Part shown: positions 1 through 9,613 of the stretch, piece by piece
Layout: the number at the start of each line of letters is the position of its first letter
Numbering within the stretch: position 1 is the first letter of the stretch
DNA from: Parachlamydiales bacterium
GTDB lineage: Bacteria > Chlamydiota > Chlamydiia > Chlamydiales > SM23-39
NCBI GenBank assembly: GCA_050302075.1
Contig: JBNLAH010000008.1
Coordinates: 1 to 43,112, forward strand
DNA length: 43,112 nucleotides
Direction: 5' to 3'
The notes under the pieces: model-generated
What the model was told of the DNA's origin: nothing
Seen by the model: the letters and a program-made list of their open reading frames with translations, nothing else
Database searches by the model: none
Position numbers and translations under genes: made by a program

Positions 1-77
1 TTTTTTGCCGTGGCCTCTCATTGTTTTAGAAGAAAAATTAATTACCTGTAATAATCTTTTAGGTGAAAAGATAGAAG
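1..77. repeat. Exact terminal overlap with 43036-43112 (circular contig)
   Basis: TTTTTTGCCGTGG...AAGATAGAAG occurs at both ends; 77 bp matches a common assembler k-mer length. Confidence 0.97.
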
Positions 78-274
78 AGTGGAAAAAAATTGTTAGCTAC
101 ATACGTGATAGCAATTCTGATATTATTGATATAGAACAGCATATGCAAAAAGGAGAGATATATGATCTTTTGCGAGAAAATTCACAGCTCAAGGAAAGAA
201 TAAAGGGGCTGATGAAAAGTGTAGAAGACTTGCAGAGAGTAATATATGAAAAATCAGAAGAGGAGAAACCATGA
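5..274 (+). CDS. C-terminal part of a Cys-rich/coiled-coil hypothetical protein that starts at 42947 and crosses the junction
   Basis: In frame with MIMFEDSYNSLCRIYTCVCCQKKRPGCNHVFLPW read from 42947. Confidence 0.8.
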   Translation: MPWPLIVLEEKLITCNNLLGEKIEEWKKIVSYIRDSNSDIIDIEQHMQKGEIYDLLRENSQLKERIKGLMKSVEDLQRVIYEKSEEEKP

Positions 275-606
275 GCGAACTGATAATTGAAAGAGGTGTG
301 GCAGAAGGGCGAAAACTCTTACCTGCTCCCCATGTCATATTAATAGAAGCACTAGGAAATGAAGCAGAAGATCGAAAATATATACAGATATACAAGCCTG
401 CCACACCTTCAAATAGCGTTATGAAAGGAAAGGTAACCGTGGTAGGAGAATCTGTCTGTGATGATATACAGCTTAATGATACTGCGTATATACGGAAGAA
501 AGACCTTGAGTATCAGCATAATCATATTAGAATACAAGAAAAGATGTACTATCTCGTGCATGAAAAAGATGTAATGTTTTTAAGACGCGAAGTAAAAAAA
601 AAATAG
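271..606 (+). CDS. GroES/Cpn10-like co-chaperonin (copy 1, divergent)
   Basis: LLPAPHVILIE...KGKVTVVGE...IQLNDTAY...YYLVHEKDVMF follows the GroES pattern (PLxDRVLV, GxVxAVG, YLIxxExDIL). Confidence 0.7.
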   Translation: MSELIIERGVAEGRKLLPAPHVILIEALGNEAEDRKYIQIYKPATPSNSVMKGKVTVVGESVCDDIQLNDTAYIRKKDLEYQHNHIRIQEKMYYLVHEKDVMFLRREVKKK

Positions 607-696
607 CAGGTATTCAGTTATTTTCTTCTATGATAATAGACTTGAAAAAAGTATTAGAAAACATGTTAGAAAAAATGATAGAGGAGATGAAAAATA

Positions 697-951
697 ATGA
701 AAACGCTTAACAATAGAATAATATACGAATTGATTCCTTTAGAAAAAATAGGAACTATTCATGTACCAGTTAGCTTGCAGAAAAGTGCAGCCCAAATGGG
801 GAAGGTACGATATTTGCCTGAAAATGAAAGGTGGCTACGTGCTAATGATTATATACTTTTTCATCGTTTCTGCGGGAAAGAGATAGAGATTGAAGATGAA
901 AAGTTGTACTATGTAGATAGAGAGTATGTGTTAGCGGTGTTAAGGAAATGA
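697..951 (+). CDS. GroES/Cpn10-like co-chaperonin (copy 2)
   Basis: MKTLNNRIIYE, GTIHVP, GKVRY, DYILFHRFCGKEIEIEDEKLYYVDREYVLAVL. Confidence 0.8.
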   Translation: MKTLNNRIIYELIPLEKIGTIHVPVSLQKSAAQMGKVRYLPENERWLRANDYILFHRFCGKEIEIEDEKLYYVDREYVLAVLRK

Positions 952-1214
952 TAGAAAGACATAGAATATTACCAGTCTATGAGATTATTTGGTTATCTTC
1001 CCGAATCTTAAAGATAGAAGAAGAAAGAGAAGACTACCTAGAAAAAACATACTATTATTTTCGAATATCTGATATATTGTATATTGAAATATGTACTGAT
1101 CCGTCCACTATAACGATAGGCTATCGAAACGGACGATTTAAGTTTGATTTTAAAACGAAAGAGATAGCAGAAAAGTTTTTAAAAAAGCTAGAAGAAAAAA
1201 TAATAGAGGAGTGA
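948..1214 (+). CDS. Hypothetical protein
   Basis: ORF coupled to the upstream gene by an ATGA overlap. Confidence 0.7.
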   Translation: MIERHRILPVYEIIWLSSRILKIEEEREDYLEKTYYYFRISDILYIEICTDPSTITIGYRNGRFKFDFKTKEIAEKFLKKLEEKIIEE

Positions 1215-1591
1215 TAGTTATGAATGTTAAGGAAATGAATAAAGAAGGATGTTATTATTATGAAATTATAAGCGATAAGGAGTTTTTATATTTACAGAAA
1301 TATTTTTTAGGTCAAAATGACAGCTGGTATGTAACTTCTTTGAGAAAATCGAGAATTACAGACATTGACTACGATTCTGACTCTGACAAAGTAATTATTT
1401 ACAAAGATAATGGGGAAAAAACGATTATTAATGCAGTAAAATCCCGGAACACAGCCAAAGAAATATTTGAGAAAATTTTAGAAGAGCTAGAAAAAAAAAT
1501 AATAGAAAGAGAAAAAACGTGGAGTGAGAAGAACAAACAAGGTGAAAAAAGATTTTATGATTATTTAAAAACTTTAGAAGAAAAGAGGTGA
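1211..1591 (+). CDS. Hypothetical protein (start may be ATG 1220)
   Basis: ORF with GAGGAG RBS. Confidence 0.7.
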   Translation: MIVMNVKEMNKEGCYYYEIISDKEFLYLQKYFLGQNDSWYVTSLRKSRITDIDYDSDSDKVIIYKDNGEKTIINAVKSRNTAKEIFEKILEELEKKIIEREKTWSEKNKQGEKRFYDYLKTLEEKR

Positions 1592-1596
1592 TAGTT

Positions 1597-1770
1597 ATGG
1601 ACGATACATTTTTTTTAGTATTGGTAATTACTACCGGAGTAGTAGTAGGATTAATAATGAGCTAATATGTTTATCAATATAAGATATTGTTCTGTGGATT
1701 GGCTGGGTGGGTAGCGGTCGATATATATGAGCTTATTAGAAATTATTAGAAAGAAAAAGAAATGGAGTAA
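1597..1770 (+). pseudogene. Degraded small membrane-protein gene, or a 22-aa hydrophobic peptide (1597-1665)
   Basis: MDDTFFLVLVITTGVVVGLIMS*YVYQYKILFCGLAGWVAVDIYELIRNY*KEKEME* in one frame after a GAGGTG RBS. Confidence 0.35.
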
Positions 1771-1773
1771 ATT

Positions 1774-2229
1774 ATGGAAGTATTAGAAGGATGGTTAAAG
1801 TATGTTGTTTATGGGTGTCTGTTTGGGTGTTTTGTAAGTATATTGTTGGTAACCTTATTGCTAGTTGTTGATCAGCTAAAAAATTATTTTTCAGAGAAAA
1901 GGAAAGCGAAAGAGATAGATAAGCCAGAGATAGAAGCAGAAAGCAACATAATTGAAGTAGAGGAATGGTACAAGTGGGAAGCAGAGGAAAACGGGAAATT
2001 TTTAACACTTCAAAAATATGATATGAATGGGGATGTTATACAAATTTATAGTTTCATTATATCTAAAATAGCAGCTGTAAATGCTTTATGTAAAAATAAA
2101 AAAATAGAAAAGGTGTCATTTTCATTAGAAGGAAACCATTGGTATTGGATAGATTTTTATAAATATGCTTCGCCAGTGGAGAATGCAAACTTTTTTAATA
2201 AGGTTTTTTCTTTAATTAAGAGGGATTAA
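1774..2229 (+). CDS. Membrane-anchored hypothetical protein
   Basis: N-terminal hydrophobic helix; GGAG RBS. Confidence 0.7.
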   Translation: MEVLEGWLKYVVYGCLFGCFVSILLVTLLLVVDQLKNYFSEKRKAKEIDKPEIEAESNIIEVEEWYKWEAEENGKFLTLQKYDMNGDVIQIYSFIISKIAAVNALCKNKKIEKVSFSLEGNHWYWIDFYKYASPVENANFFNKVFSLIKRD

Positions 2230-2233
2230 CAAA

Positions 2234-3943
2234 ATGGATGAAGAAAAAATTAAGATTGCTTATCTGAAGCGGGAAATACAAAAGCATCCTGAGTTTATTC
2301 TCAAAAATTCTATGCTAAAGATAAAAAATAAGCTTTCCCAAAAAGTTAAGTTTAGTCTTAATTCTATTCAAAAAAAATTACATCAATTTATTATGAAGAA
2401 TTACCTTAAGACTCCTTTACGAATTATAATTTTGAAAGCCAGAAAAGAAGGGGTCTCTACGTACATTGGAGGGTTGTTTTATTCGTTTACCTCTCAATCA
2501 GAAAACACAGATACAGTTGTTGTTGCTCATGAAACAGAAGCAAGTAGCTATATTTTTAATATCTACAAGTTTATGCACGATAGCTTTGTAGAGAGTTATA
2601 GTCCGTTAGCTCCAGAATTGCAGAAAAATAATGCAAAGCAGTTAGAGTTTGCAGAGAAAAATAGCAATATCTTTGTGAAAACTGCGAGTGGGGAAGGTGT
2701 AGGACGGTCATTTACTCCACGTCTTGTTCATTGCTCCGAAGTGGCTTTCTACAAACAAGCAGAGCAGGTGTTTACAGGTCTTAATAATTCTGTACCAAAA
2801 GCTAATAATACAATAGTCGCATTAGAAAGTACTGCGAATGGGATTGGCAATTATTTTCATAGACTATGGGAACAGGCGAAAGATATAGAAGACTGGGACG
2901 GTACAGGATATGTAAGAGTTTTCTTTGCCTGGTTTGACAGTGAAGAAAACCAAATTCCTTTACAGCCAGGAGAAGTTTTGAATATTCCTGCGTTACATGC
3001 TGCTGATATATATGAGATGTGGAAAAGCTACCCAGATTTAACAGAACCTCAAATCAATTGGTATGTGAGAACTTTAAGGGAAGACTGCAATAACGATATA
3101 GACATTATGAGACAGGAACATCCCAGCTATCCAAAAGAAGCCTTTTTAGCGTCTGGGTCTCCTGTATTTAACCAAAAATTACTTATTAATATATATGAGT
3201 TTGAAAAGAAATTAAAAGAAGCGTTTACATGGAAAAGATATAATATTATAGATCAGTATGGAAGTGTAAGCCTTGTTTTAGGCGAAGAAAATGGAAGATT
3301 AGGAACCTATGATATATACAAGCATCCCCAAACATCGCTCAAATATCTCATGACTTGTGATGTAGCAGAAGGGGTTGAGGGTGGTGATTTTTCTATTGCT
3401 AATGTATGGAATATTGATAATGGAGAACAAGTAGCGCATTATAGGTTTGATGGAGAGCCTTTTTTATTCACAAAGGGATGTTTACAATTAGCAAAGATAT
3501 ACAATAATTGTACAATTGCAGTAGAAAGAAATAATCATGGTCATAGTGTAATATCAGAATTAAAGAACCATTATAAATATCCACATATCTATATTTTTAA
3601 AGATAAGAAAGAAGGCTTTTTATCTACGCAGGAAAGCAGACCAAAAGCTATCTCATATGCCCAGAAATATTTTAGTGAAGGCTATTTGAAGATACATTGT
3701 TTAGATACTATTAATGAAATGATGTCATTCGTAACGTATAAGGGCAAGCCTCAAGCCTCAAAGGGTAGCCATGATGATGAAGTTGCGACAATTTGGATAT
3801 TTGCGTATATAATAAGAGAAGATTTAATTTTAAATGATAATGCTAGTCAAGTTCATGAGAAAGAGTATAATAATCAAGCTATTCCTTATAGAGCTTTACA
3901 GCCACAGCAAAGTAATAGAGGAAATAAGATAACTGGCTATTAA
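2234..3943 (+). CDS. terL: Terminase large subunit
   Basis: IIILKARKEGVST (Walker A variant), GRSFT, LVHCSEVAF (Walker B), LESTANGIGNYF, nuclease motifs CDVAEG..GDFS, AVERNNHG and HDDEV. Confidence 0.95.
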   Translation: MDEEKIKIAYLKREIQKHPEFILKNSMLKIKNKLSQKVKFSLNSIQKKLHQFIMKNYLKTPLRIIILKARKEGVSTYIGGLFYSFTSQSENTDTVVVAHETEASSYIFNIYKFMHDSFVESYSPLAPELQKNNAKQLEFAEKNSNIFVKTASGEGVGRSFTPRLVHCSEVAFYKQAEQVFTGLNNSVPKANNTIVALESTANGIGNYFHRLWEQAKDIEDWDGTGYVRVFFAWFDSEENQIPLQPGEVLNIPALHAADIYEMWKSYPDLTEPQINWYVRTLREDCNNDIDIMRQEHPSYPKEAFLASGSPVFNQKLLINIYEFEKKLKEAFTWKRYNIIDQYGSVSLVLGEENGRLGTYDIYKHPQTSLKYLMTCDVAEGVEGGDFSIANVWNIDNGEQVAHYRFDGEPFLFTKGCLQLAKIYNNCTIAVERNNHGHSVISELKNHYKYPHIYIFKDKKEGFLSTQESRPKAISYAQKYFSEGYLKIHCLDTINEMMSFVTYKGKPQASKGSHDDEVATIWIFAYIIREDLILNDNASQVHEKEYNNQAIPYRALQPQQSNRGNKITGY

Positions 3944-3963
3944 AAAAGCAACAAAGAGGTATA

Positions 3964-4212
3964 ATGGGAACAATAAGAAAAATAGAAAAAGAAACTTGTA
4001 TAAATATAAAATCTACAATCAAAAAAGATAAATATGGTAGAGAAATAGAAGAATTTGAAGGAGGGATAAAAATAGTTCCTCTTTGTCATGGACTTACACC
4101 AAATTATACTTTTATTGTGAACCACGGAAAAATAGATAAAGAAATTGAAATTCCATTAAAACCTTTCTTTAAAAGTCTAATGCAAAAAAGAAAAGCTAAA
4201 AGTAAAAAATAG
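3964..4212 (+). CDS. Hypothetical basic protein
   Basis: ORF with GAGG RBS. Confidence 0.6.
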   Translation: MGTIRKIEKETCINIKSTIKKDKYGREIEEFEGGIKIVPLCHGLTPNYTFIVNHGKIDKEIEIPLKPFFKSLMQKRKAKSKK

Positions 4213-4245
4213 AGGAAATAAGATAACGGGATATTAGGAGGAATT

Positions 4246-4641
4246 ATTAATTACTATAAAAAATATGAAATACCAAGAGAAATAAATATTGTTGGAAGAA
4301 CAATAAAAATAGTTTTTCAAGATGATTTGTTTAAAAAAACAAACGCAAATGGAGAAGCTCATTTAAGGGATGGAATAATTCTTATTCAAGCCCCTGATAA
4401 AGGCCTAGGAATACCAAAAGAGGCTTTAAGAGTAGTTTTATGGCATGAAATATTGCATTTTATATGTTATTTATTTAGTATTCCAGATGATGACGAAAGT
4501 ATTATAGAAAGATTATCAGAAGGAATATATCAAGTAGAAAATCAATTAAAAAGGGGGTATAATGGGAAGGTTAACAAATGCAGAGAAAGAAAGACGGCAA
4601 AAAGAAAAGGAAAAGGAAACAAAATTAAAGGAGGTATCTAA
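4246..4641 (+). CDS. Small HEXXH metallopeptidase-like phage protein (start uncertain)
   Basis: VLWHEILHFI motif; the open frame extends upstream of TTG 4327 through IPREINIVGRTIKIVF. Confidence 0.65.
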   Translation: MNYYKKYEIPREINIVGRTIKIVFQDDLFKKTNANGEAHLRDGIILIQAPDKGLGIPKEALRVVLWHEILHFICYLFSIPDDDESIIERLSEGIYQVENQLKRGYNGKVNKCRERKTAKRKGKGNKIKGGI

Positions 4642-4963
4642 CAATGGGTTGCAAGGGAAAGAAGAAAAAGAAACCAATGACAAGGGGAAAATAATTAGAG
4701 AATATGTATCTAATACCCTAAAAATTTTTAACACTAAAAAAGAGATAAAAAGAAATGAAAGTTTTAGATATGTAAATGAAGTATCCAATATAAATGTTGA
4801 AAAGTGCGTGTTATTCAAAAGAATGGTAAATATTAACACTATTCAGTCTATAAAAGAAGATGTTACCAATAATGGAAGAAATATAGCAGAAATAACGTTT
4901 ACTGGTGGGGCTTTTATGTATATAGACGAGGCTTCTTTAATTAATATTATAATGGAGAAATAA
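4562..4963 (+). CDS. Hypothetical protein
   Basis: ORF with AAGGGG RBS. Confidence 0.65.
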   Translation: MGRLTNAEKERRQKEKEKETKLKEVSNNGLQGKEEKETNDKGKIIREYVSNTLKIFNTKKEIKRNESFRYVNEVSNINVEKCVLFKRMVNINTIQSIKEDVTNNGRNIAEITFTGGAFMYIDEASLINIIMEK

Positions 4964-4965
4964 TT

Positions 4966-5199
4966 TTGATACATTGTTTACAATGTGGACATTTGTTTGG
5001 GAAGCAAAGTGAAGGAGATTATACGTTTGGATGGCATTGTATAAGATGTGGGGCGTCTAATTTTGTTACAAATGAAAAAGTTCCAAGTAGAAAAAGAAAA
5101 AATTACTGTAAATACTGTAAAAAGTTTCTTTTTTATGGACAGACAACATCAAAAATTGAGGTAAAATGTTGTTATTGTGAAAAAATGTTATATTTTTAG
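4966..5199 (+). CDS. Double zinc-ribbon protein, Mu Com-like regulator
   Basis: Four CxxC pairs; CKYCKKFLF...IEVKCCYC resembles Com-family zinc ribbons. Confidence 0.65.
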   Translation: MIHCLQCGHLFGKQSEGDYTFGWHCIRCGASNFVTNEKVPSRKRKNYCKYCKKFLFYGQTTSKIEVKCCYCEKMLYF

Positions 5200-5228
5200 T
5201 TGACATTTATACAAAAACATTGTTTAAT
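5200..5228 (+). promoter_or_regulatory. Sigma70-type promoter upstream of the portal gene
   Basis: TTGACA-17 nt-TTTAAT. Confidence 0.6.
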
Positions 5229-5289
5229 TTAATTGCAAACAGCGATTGTTTGTAATTTTTCTATCTTTTATTTATTTATTTCTTAGCTT

Positions 5290-5328
5290 AAGAGCTATTA
5301 TCCTTATGGATAATAGCTCTTTTTTTTT
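5290..5328 (+). terminator. Intrinsic terminator/attenuator before the portal gene
   Basis: AGAGCTATTATCC-TTAT-GGATAATAGCTCT followed by T8. Confidence 0.85.
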
Positions 5329-5352
5329 GATAAAAGATAGCTGAGGTTTAGA

Positions 5353-7437
5353 ATGGCTGAAAATGAACAAGATAGAGAGAAAACGTTAGATACGACTGGT
5401 CAAATTAAAGATGTAGAATTATATGACGATATTACTATGTCAGAAGACGTTATTCTAACTGACAAACAAAGACAAGACCTTTCTTATAGCCTGCAAAGTG
5501 ATATTTCTAGTTGTTATTATGACAAAGAAGATATAATGAATGAGCTTATTGATATAAGAAAATCTATTCATATAGAAAAAAACGAAAAAGACAGGGTTGC
5601 TCCTTTTTCCGGGGCCTCTAATTATACTGATACTCTTACTGCTAGCCACACCAAAATAGTCTCATCAATCATGAAAAGAACTGTTATTTCTAATCCTGTC
5701 TGGCTTATAGACTTACCATTCCAAAAAGAGTATGAAAGATGGCTTAATGAAAGTTTTGGTTATTGTACTTGGAATTTTTTAGGGATTGAAAAAAAATTAA
5801 GAGATGCAATTGATTTATGCGTTAAGGAGTTTGTCTCTTTTATCGAAGTTTATGATTATACTGATGAAGCATATCATTTAGAGACTGAAACATACCTGAA
5901 AGGACAAATACTAGAATTTAAAAAGAAGTATCCGTCATATAAATTTTTGGGTCTTGAAAATCAAAAACAATATAATACTATTTATAATAATTTAGCTAAT
6001 CAAATAGATGAATTTGGAGAAGGAAAAATTAATTTATACAGAAAAAGAAAATATCATAAGATAGGATTAGAAGTAAGAAATTTAGATGAAATTTTTATTA
6101 TTCCATGGGATTCTACTAGTACAGAAACTGCTAAAGGAATATTTTCAAGGATTACAAAGACAGATGATGAATTAAGAGAAGCTGCTCGAATTGGTTATTA
6201 CAATAAAGAAGCAGTAGAAATGGTACTGAATTCTGGTTCTACAGACGAAAGCGATAGATCAGATTATAAGCAAGATATGGATGATAGATTTTATACTGAA
6301 GATGATCATCAAGAAGAATATTTTAGGTATATTTATCAGGGAACATATAGATTTGTTTTAGATGAAAATAAAGGCGAAGAGTCATTTTATATACATTTTG
6401 ATTATAGAACAAGGATAATATTAAGAATAGAACGTTATCAAAATTCTTATTTAGATCGTAATATTATTTCTTTTTCTATACTACCAGAGCATAATCGAAT
6501 TTGGGGCAGTTGTCTTGCAAAAGACCTTGAAAATTCACAATCCTTAGTTAATACGATGTATAATCAGATTATTGATAATAATCACATAGCTAATATTCCT
6601 ATATTTAAGGCCTCAAAAGAAGAAATGAACGATCCAGACTCATCTTTATATAAGAGAAGATTTAACGATAGACTTGAATTATACCCAGGAAAAGTTGTAA
6701 GTTTGAAAAATCCTGGGGATTTCGACCAAATGAGAACATCTCCTTTAAATTTAGAATCAATGCTTAAAATAATTAATACAGTACAAAGAAGTTCTGAAGT
6801 GATGGACGGGGCCACGCAATTACAATCTGGGCGTGAAAATCCTAGCGATCCAACAGCACCAGCACGAAAAACAGAATTGCAGTTGTCTCAATCTACTTTA
6901 AGAATAGATGATTATGTAAGAGAGATAAGACCAGCGGTGAATAAACTAGGACGTGTATTGCTTGGGAAATATATTAATATTCAACCACTAGAGTGGAAAC
7001 AATATCAGATCAAGTTTAATGCTGAAAATCGAAACAGTATAGATCAGGTAGCAAGAAGACCGCAAGATTTAAGTTTTGAAAATATTATAATTGATATAAA
7101 AGCGCAATCTGTTATGCATAATAAGGATTCAATAACAAGAGAGGTACAATTTGTGCTAGGAACATTAATGCAAGTTCCTCAATTACAGGCTAATCCTATG
7201 ACGATTTATATCATGCTTGACAAATTTTTGGCAAATTTGAATTATAATCGCTCTGAAATAGATAGTTTGCTATCACCTTTGAAACAAGCAGCAGAAATGC
7301 AATCGCAAATGGAAAATCAGAGCCCAGAACAAATTACACCAGAAGAGGTTGGCCCACAACCCCCTCAATTACCAATAGAAATAATTGAGGAGGCTAAAAG
7401 AAGGGGCATAAAGATAGAAAAACCAATAGCGGAGTAA
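5353..7437 (+). CDS. Portal protein (podovirus type)
   Basis: 694 aa, follows TerL; APFSGASN, RIWGSCLAKDLENSQSLVNTMYNQIIDN, LYPGKVV, Gln/Pro-rich C-terminus. Confidence 0.85.
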   Translation: MAENEQDREKTLDTTGQIKDVELYDDITMSEDVILTDKQRQDLSYSLQSDISSCYYDKEDIMNELIDIRKSIHIEKNEKDRVAPFSGASNYTDTLTASHTKIVSSIMKRTVISNPVWLIDLPFQKEYERWLNESFGYCTWNFLGIEKKLRDAIDLCVKEFVSFIEVYDYTDEAYHLETETYLKGQILEFKKKYPSYKFLGLENQKQYNTIYNNLANQIDEFGEGKINLYRKRKYHKIGLEVRNLDEIFIIPWDSTSTETAKGIFSRITKTDDELREAARIGYYNKEAVEMVLNSGSTDESDRSDYKQDMDDRFYTEDDHQEEYFRYIYQGTYRFVLDENKGEESFYIHFDYRTRIILRIERYQNSYLDRNIISFSILPEHNRIWGSCLAKDLENSQSLVNTMYNQIIDNNHIANIPIFKASKEEMNDPDSSLYKRRFNDRLELYPGKVVSLKNPGDFDQMRTSPLNLESMLKIINTVQRSSEVMDGATQLQSGRENPSDPTAPARKTELQLSQSTLRIDDYVREIRPAVNKLGRVLLGKYINIQPLEWKQYQIKFNAENRNSIDQVARRPQDLSFENIIIDIKAQSVMHNKDSITREVQFVLGTLMQVPQLQANPMTIYIMLDKFLANLNYNRSEIDSLLSPLKQAAEMQSQMENQSPEQITPEEVGPQPPQLPIEIIEEAKRRGIKIEKPIAE

Positions 7438-7440
7438 CAA

Positions 7441-7824
7441 ATGTCTAAACCAGATGAAGAAACTGTTAGAGATTTAGAGGCAGAATTACTAGAAATAAGC
7501 GGTGAAAATGAGGATTTATATCAGATAAGCGCTTTAGAAGATTTCGAGAATTGGCGAGCATTAGAAAAAATGCTAAAAGACTCAATTAATAAGACAATTT
7601 TAGCATTAGCTGATATTAAAATGAATGATTTTTTAATAAATCATGAAAAACAAGCAAAAGTACATAATTTATATACAAGAATAGAAATTATAAAAGAAAT
7701 TTTAGATATTCCAAGGCAAACAAGCCTGAAATTAGAAGCAAATAATAATTTGATTGGACAAATTAAAAATCAAATTATGAAAATAAAAAAAAATATAAGC
7801 ACGGGACGTCTTAGCCGTTATTAA
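7441..7824 (+). CDS. Small helical protein following the portal gene
   Basis: Synteny; WRALEKML motif. Confidence 0.6.
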   Translation: MSKPDEETVRDLEAELLEISGENEDLYQISALEDFENWRALEKMLKDSINKTILALADIKMNDFLINHEKQAKVHNLYTRIEIIKEILDIPRQTSLKLEANNNLIGQIKNQIMKIKKNISTGRLSRY

Positions 7825-7848
7825 GATGTAGCTTATAAAGGAGCATTT

Positions 7849-8598
7849 ATGTTAGACCAAGAAAATTTAGACGTAAACAATGCAGCATTATCGTCAAATG
7901 CTGAAAATGACGATGGGAATGATCCAAATAGCGTTAATCCAGACTCGCAATCTGGTGGAAATTCTCAAAACCCAGAAGAGTTACTCTATAATCGTCAACG
8001 TGAGCTTGATCGTAAGCTAGAAAAGGCTAATGCAATTATGGAAGAGCTAAATAGGCAAAAAGCAGAGTTCCAAAAAGCACAAGCTAATTCTAATTTTAAT
8101 GAAGACGAATTTTTGGGCGATATTGCAACACGTATAGGCATTTTAGATGAAAAAAATAAGCCTGATATTGTGTCTACAAAAAAACTTGTAAGCTTAATAG
8201 ACCTTGTAACAGAAAATAAGTTTAGGCCTAATATCGATAAGATAGAAGAGCTTATGACAACTAAAGATTACAATGATTACGATGTTTACAAAGATGAAAT
8301 GACAAATATTTTAGGGAATGAGTTGAAAAATGTCAGAATGCCTAGAAAAGAAAAGCTTAAGATTGCTTATGAAATGGCAAAGGGTCGTAATCCTAAGACA
8401 TCTATGCAGTCTAATGTTTCTGTTGCAAGACCTAATATGGCAACATCTTCAGTTGGGGCAAGTTCAAGTACAAAAACAAGTGGTTTAACAAAAGAAGAGA
8501 TTAATTATTATACGGAATATGCAAAAAGTAATAATGTTCCGTTAGATAGATTGCTTGAAAGAGCGAAAAAAATTAATAAAGGATATAGAGGGGCATAA
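7849..8598 (+). CDS. Capsid scaffolding protein
   Basis: Acidic disordered N-terminus, coiled coil, C-terminal LTKEE..YA helix; located before the capsid gene. Confidence 0.7.
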   Translation: MLDQENLDVNNAALSSNAENDDGNDPNSVNPDSQSGGNSQNPEELLYNRQRELDRKLEKANAIMEELNRQKAEFQKAQANSNFNEDEFLGDIATRIGILDEKNKPDIVSTKKLVSLIDLVTENKFRPNIDKIEELMTTKDYNDYDVYKDEMTNILGNELKNVRMPRKEKLKIAYEMAKGRNPKTSMQSNVSVARPNMATSSVGASSSTKTSGLTKEEINYYTEYAKSNNVPLDRLLERAKKINKGYRGA

Positions 8599-8819
8599 TG
8601 AGTTTACTACCGCCATCTACTTCAAGGTATATAGAGGATAGTCATCGATATTATACTTGTAGTAATTGCCGGTTTGTTTGCGATAAAGAAAAAGTTTATA
8701 CCGCCTCTATATATGAGAATGCAGGAGAAGTTTCGACAGTAATAGCTGGCACAGAAGGGGATCACACGACAAACCCTAGAGGGTGTCCTTTTTGTGGCTC
8801 GTTATTGTCTAATTTTTAA
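8598..8819 (+). CDS. Small zinc-finger protein
   Basis: CSNC...GCPFCGS. Confidence 0.65.
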   Translation: MSLLPPSTSRYIEDSHRYYTCSNCRFVCDKEKVYTASIYENAGEVSTVIAGTEGDHTTNPRGCPFCGSLLSNF

Positions 8820-8847
8820 TGGTATTTTATAGAGGAGGTTTTTTATT

Positions 8848-9585
8848 ATGATACCAGTCAAGAAACTATGTGATTTATATGAAACAGTGCAGTGGCCTAT
8901 TAAAACTGCTGCTGATATTTCAAACGGGGCACTCCTTATGCCTGGAGTAACAGCAGAAACAGACTTGGGAACCCTTATATTAGCGTCAACAGCTGGAGCA
9001 GACTCAGTTGGAACTATGGCAGGATTATTTGATTATTCTGTAGTAGGAACAAGTGCAGTAGATGGGTCAACATGGGTAACAGCACCAGTAAAACCAAATT
9101 TTGATGCAGTTGTTATGGAAGCAGAGTATGACCAGTCAGACACTATGGCTTTAGCAAGTGATGAAAGCACAAAAACTATTACAATTACATCATTAGAGGA
9201 TAATATTGATACTTCTTATTTGTATTGTGTAAGTGGGACAGGTATTGGACAGCTTAGATTTGTTGATACATCTGCATCTGGCAGTTGTACAATTGCTACT
9301 GCTGGCAATCCTGAGTGGGATGCTGCTGATACTTGTATTAAGATTTTAAGGCTTTTTCATCCATTGGCAAAACTTAATACCGCAGCTACAAAGATTGGGA
9401 CTGATGCAGCAGCAGGAAGCTGGACAATAGCAGTTATTCAAAATTATATTGAACGGCAGGGAAGACGTCAATTTATGGACCCTACAAAACACGATGGATT
9501 GAATAGTCTTAATGCAACAAATTTGAATACAAAGTTTATAGCGCATTTAGTTGTTAGAAATAATCTAGCTTATACAATAGACTAA
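8848..9585 (+). CDS. Head decoration/cement-like structural protein
   Basis: T/A/G-rich beta-type protein directly before the capsid gene; strong GGAGG RBS. Confidence 0.55.
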   Translation: MIPVKKLCDLYETVQWPIKTAADISNGALLMPGVTAETDLGTLILASTAGADSVGTMAGLFDYSVVGTSAVDGSTWVTAPVKPNFDAVVMEAEYDQSDTMALASDESTKTITITSLEDNIDTSYLYCVSGTGIGQLRFVDTSASGSCTIATAGNPEWDAADTCIKILRLFHPLAKLNTAATKIGTDAAAGSWTIAVIQNYIERQGRRQFMDPTKHDGLNSLNATNLNTKFIAHLVVRNNLAYTID

Positions 9586-9613
9586 TTTACTTAGATAAGG
9601 AGGAATAGTAATT

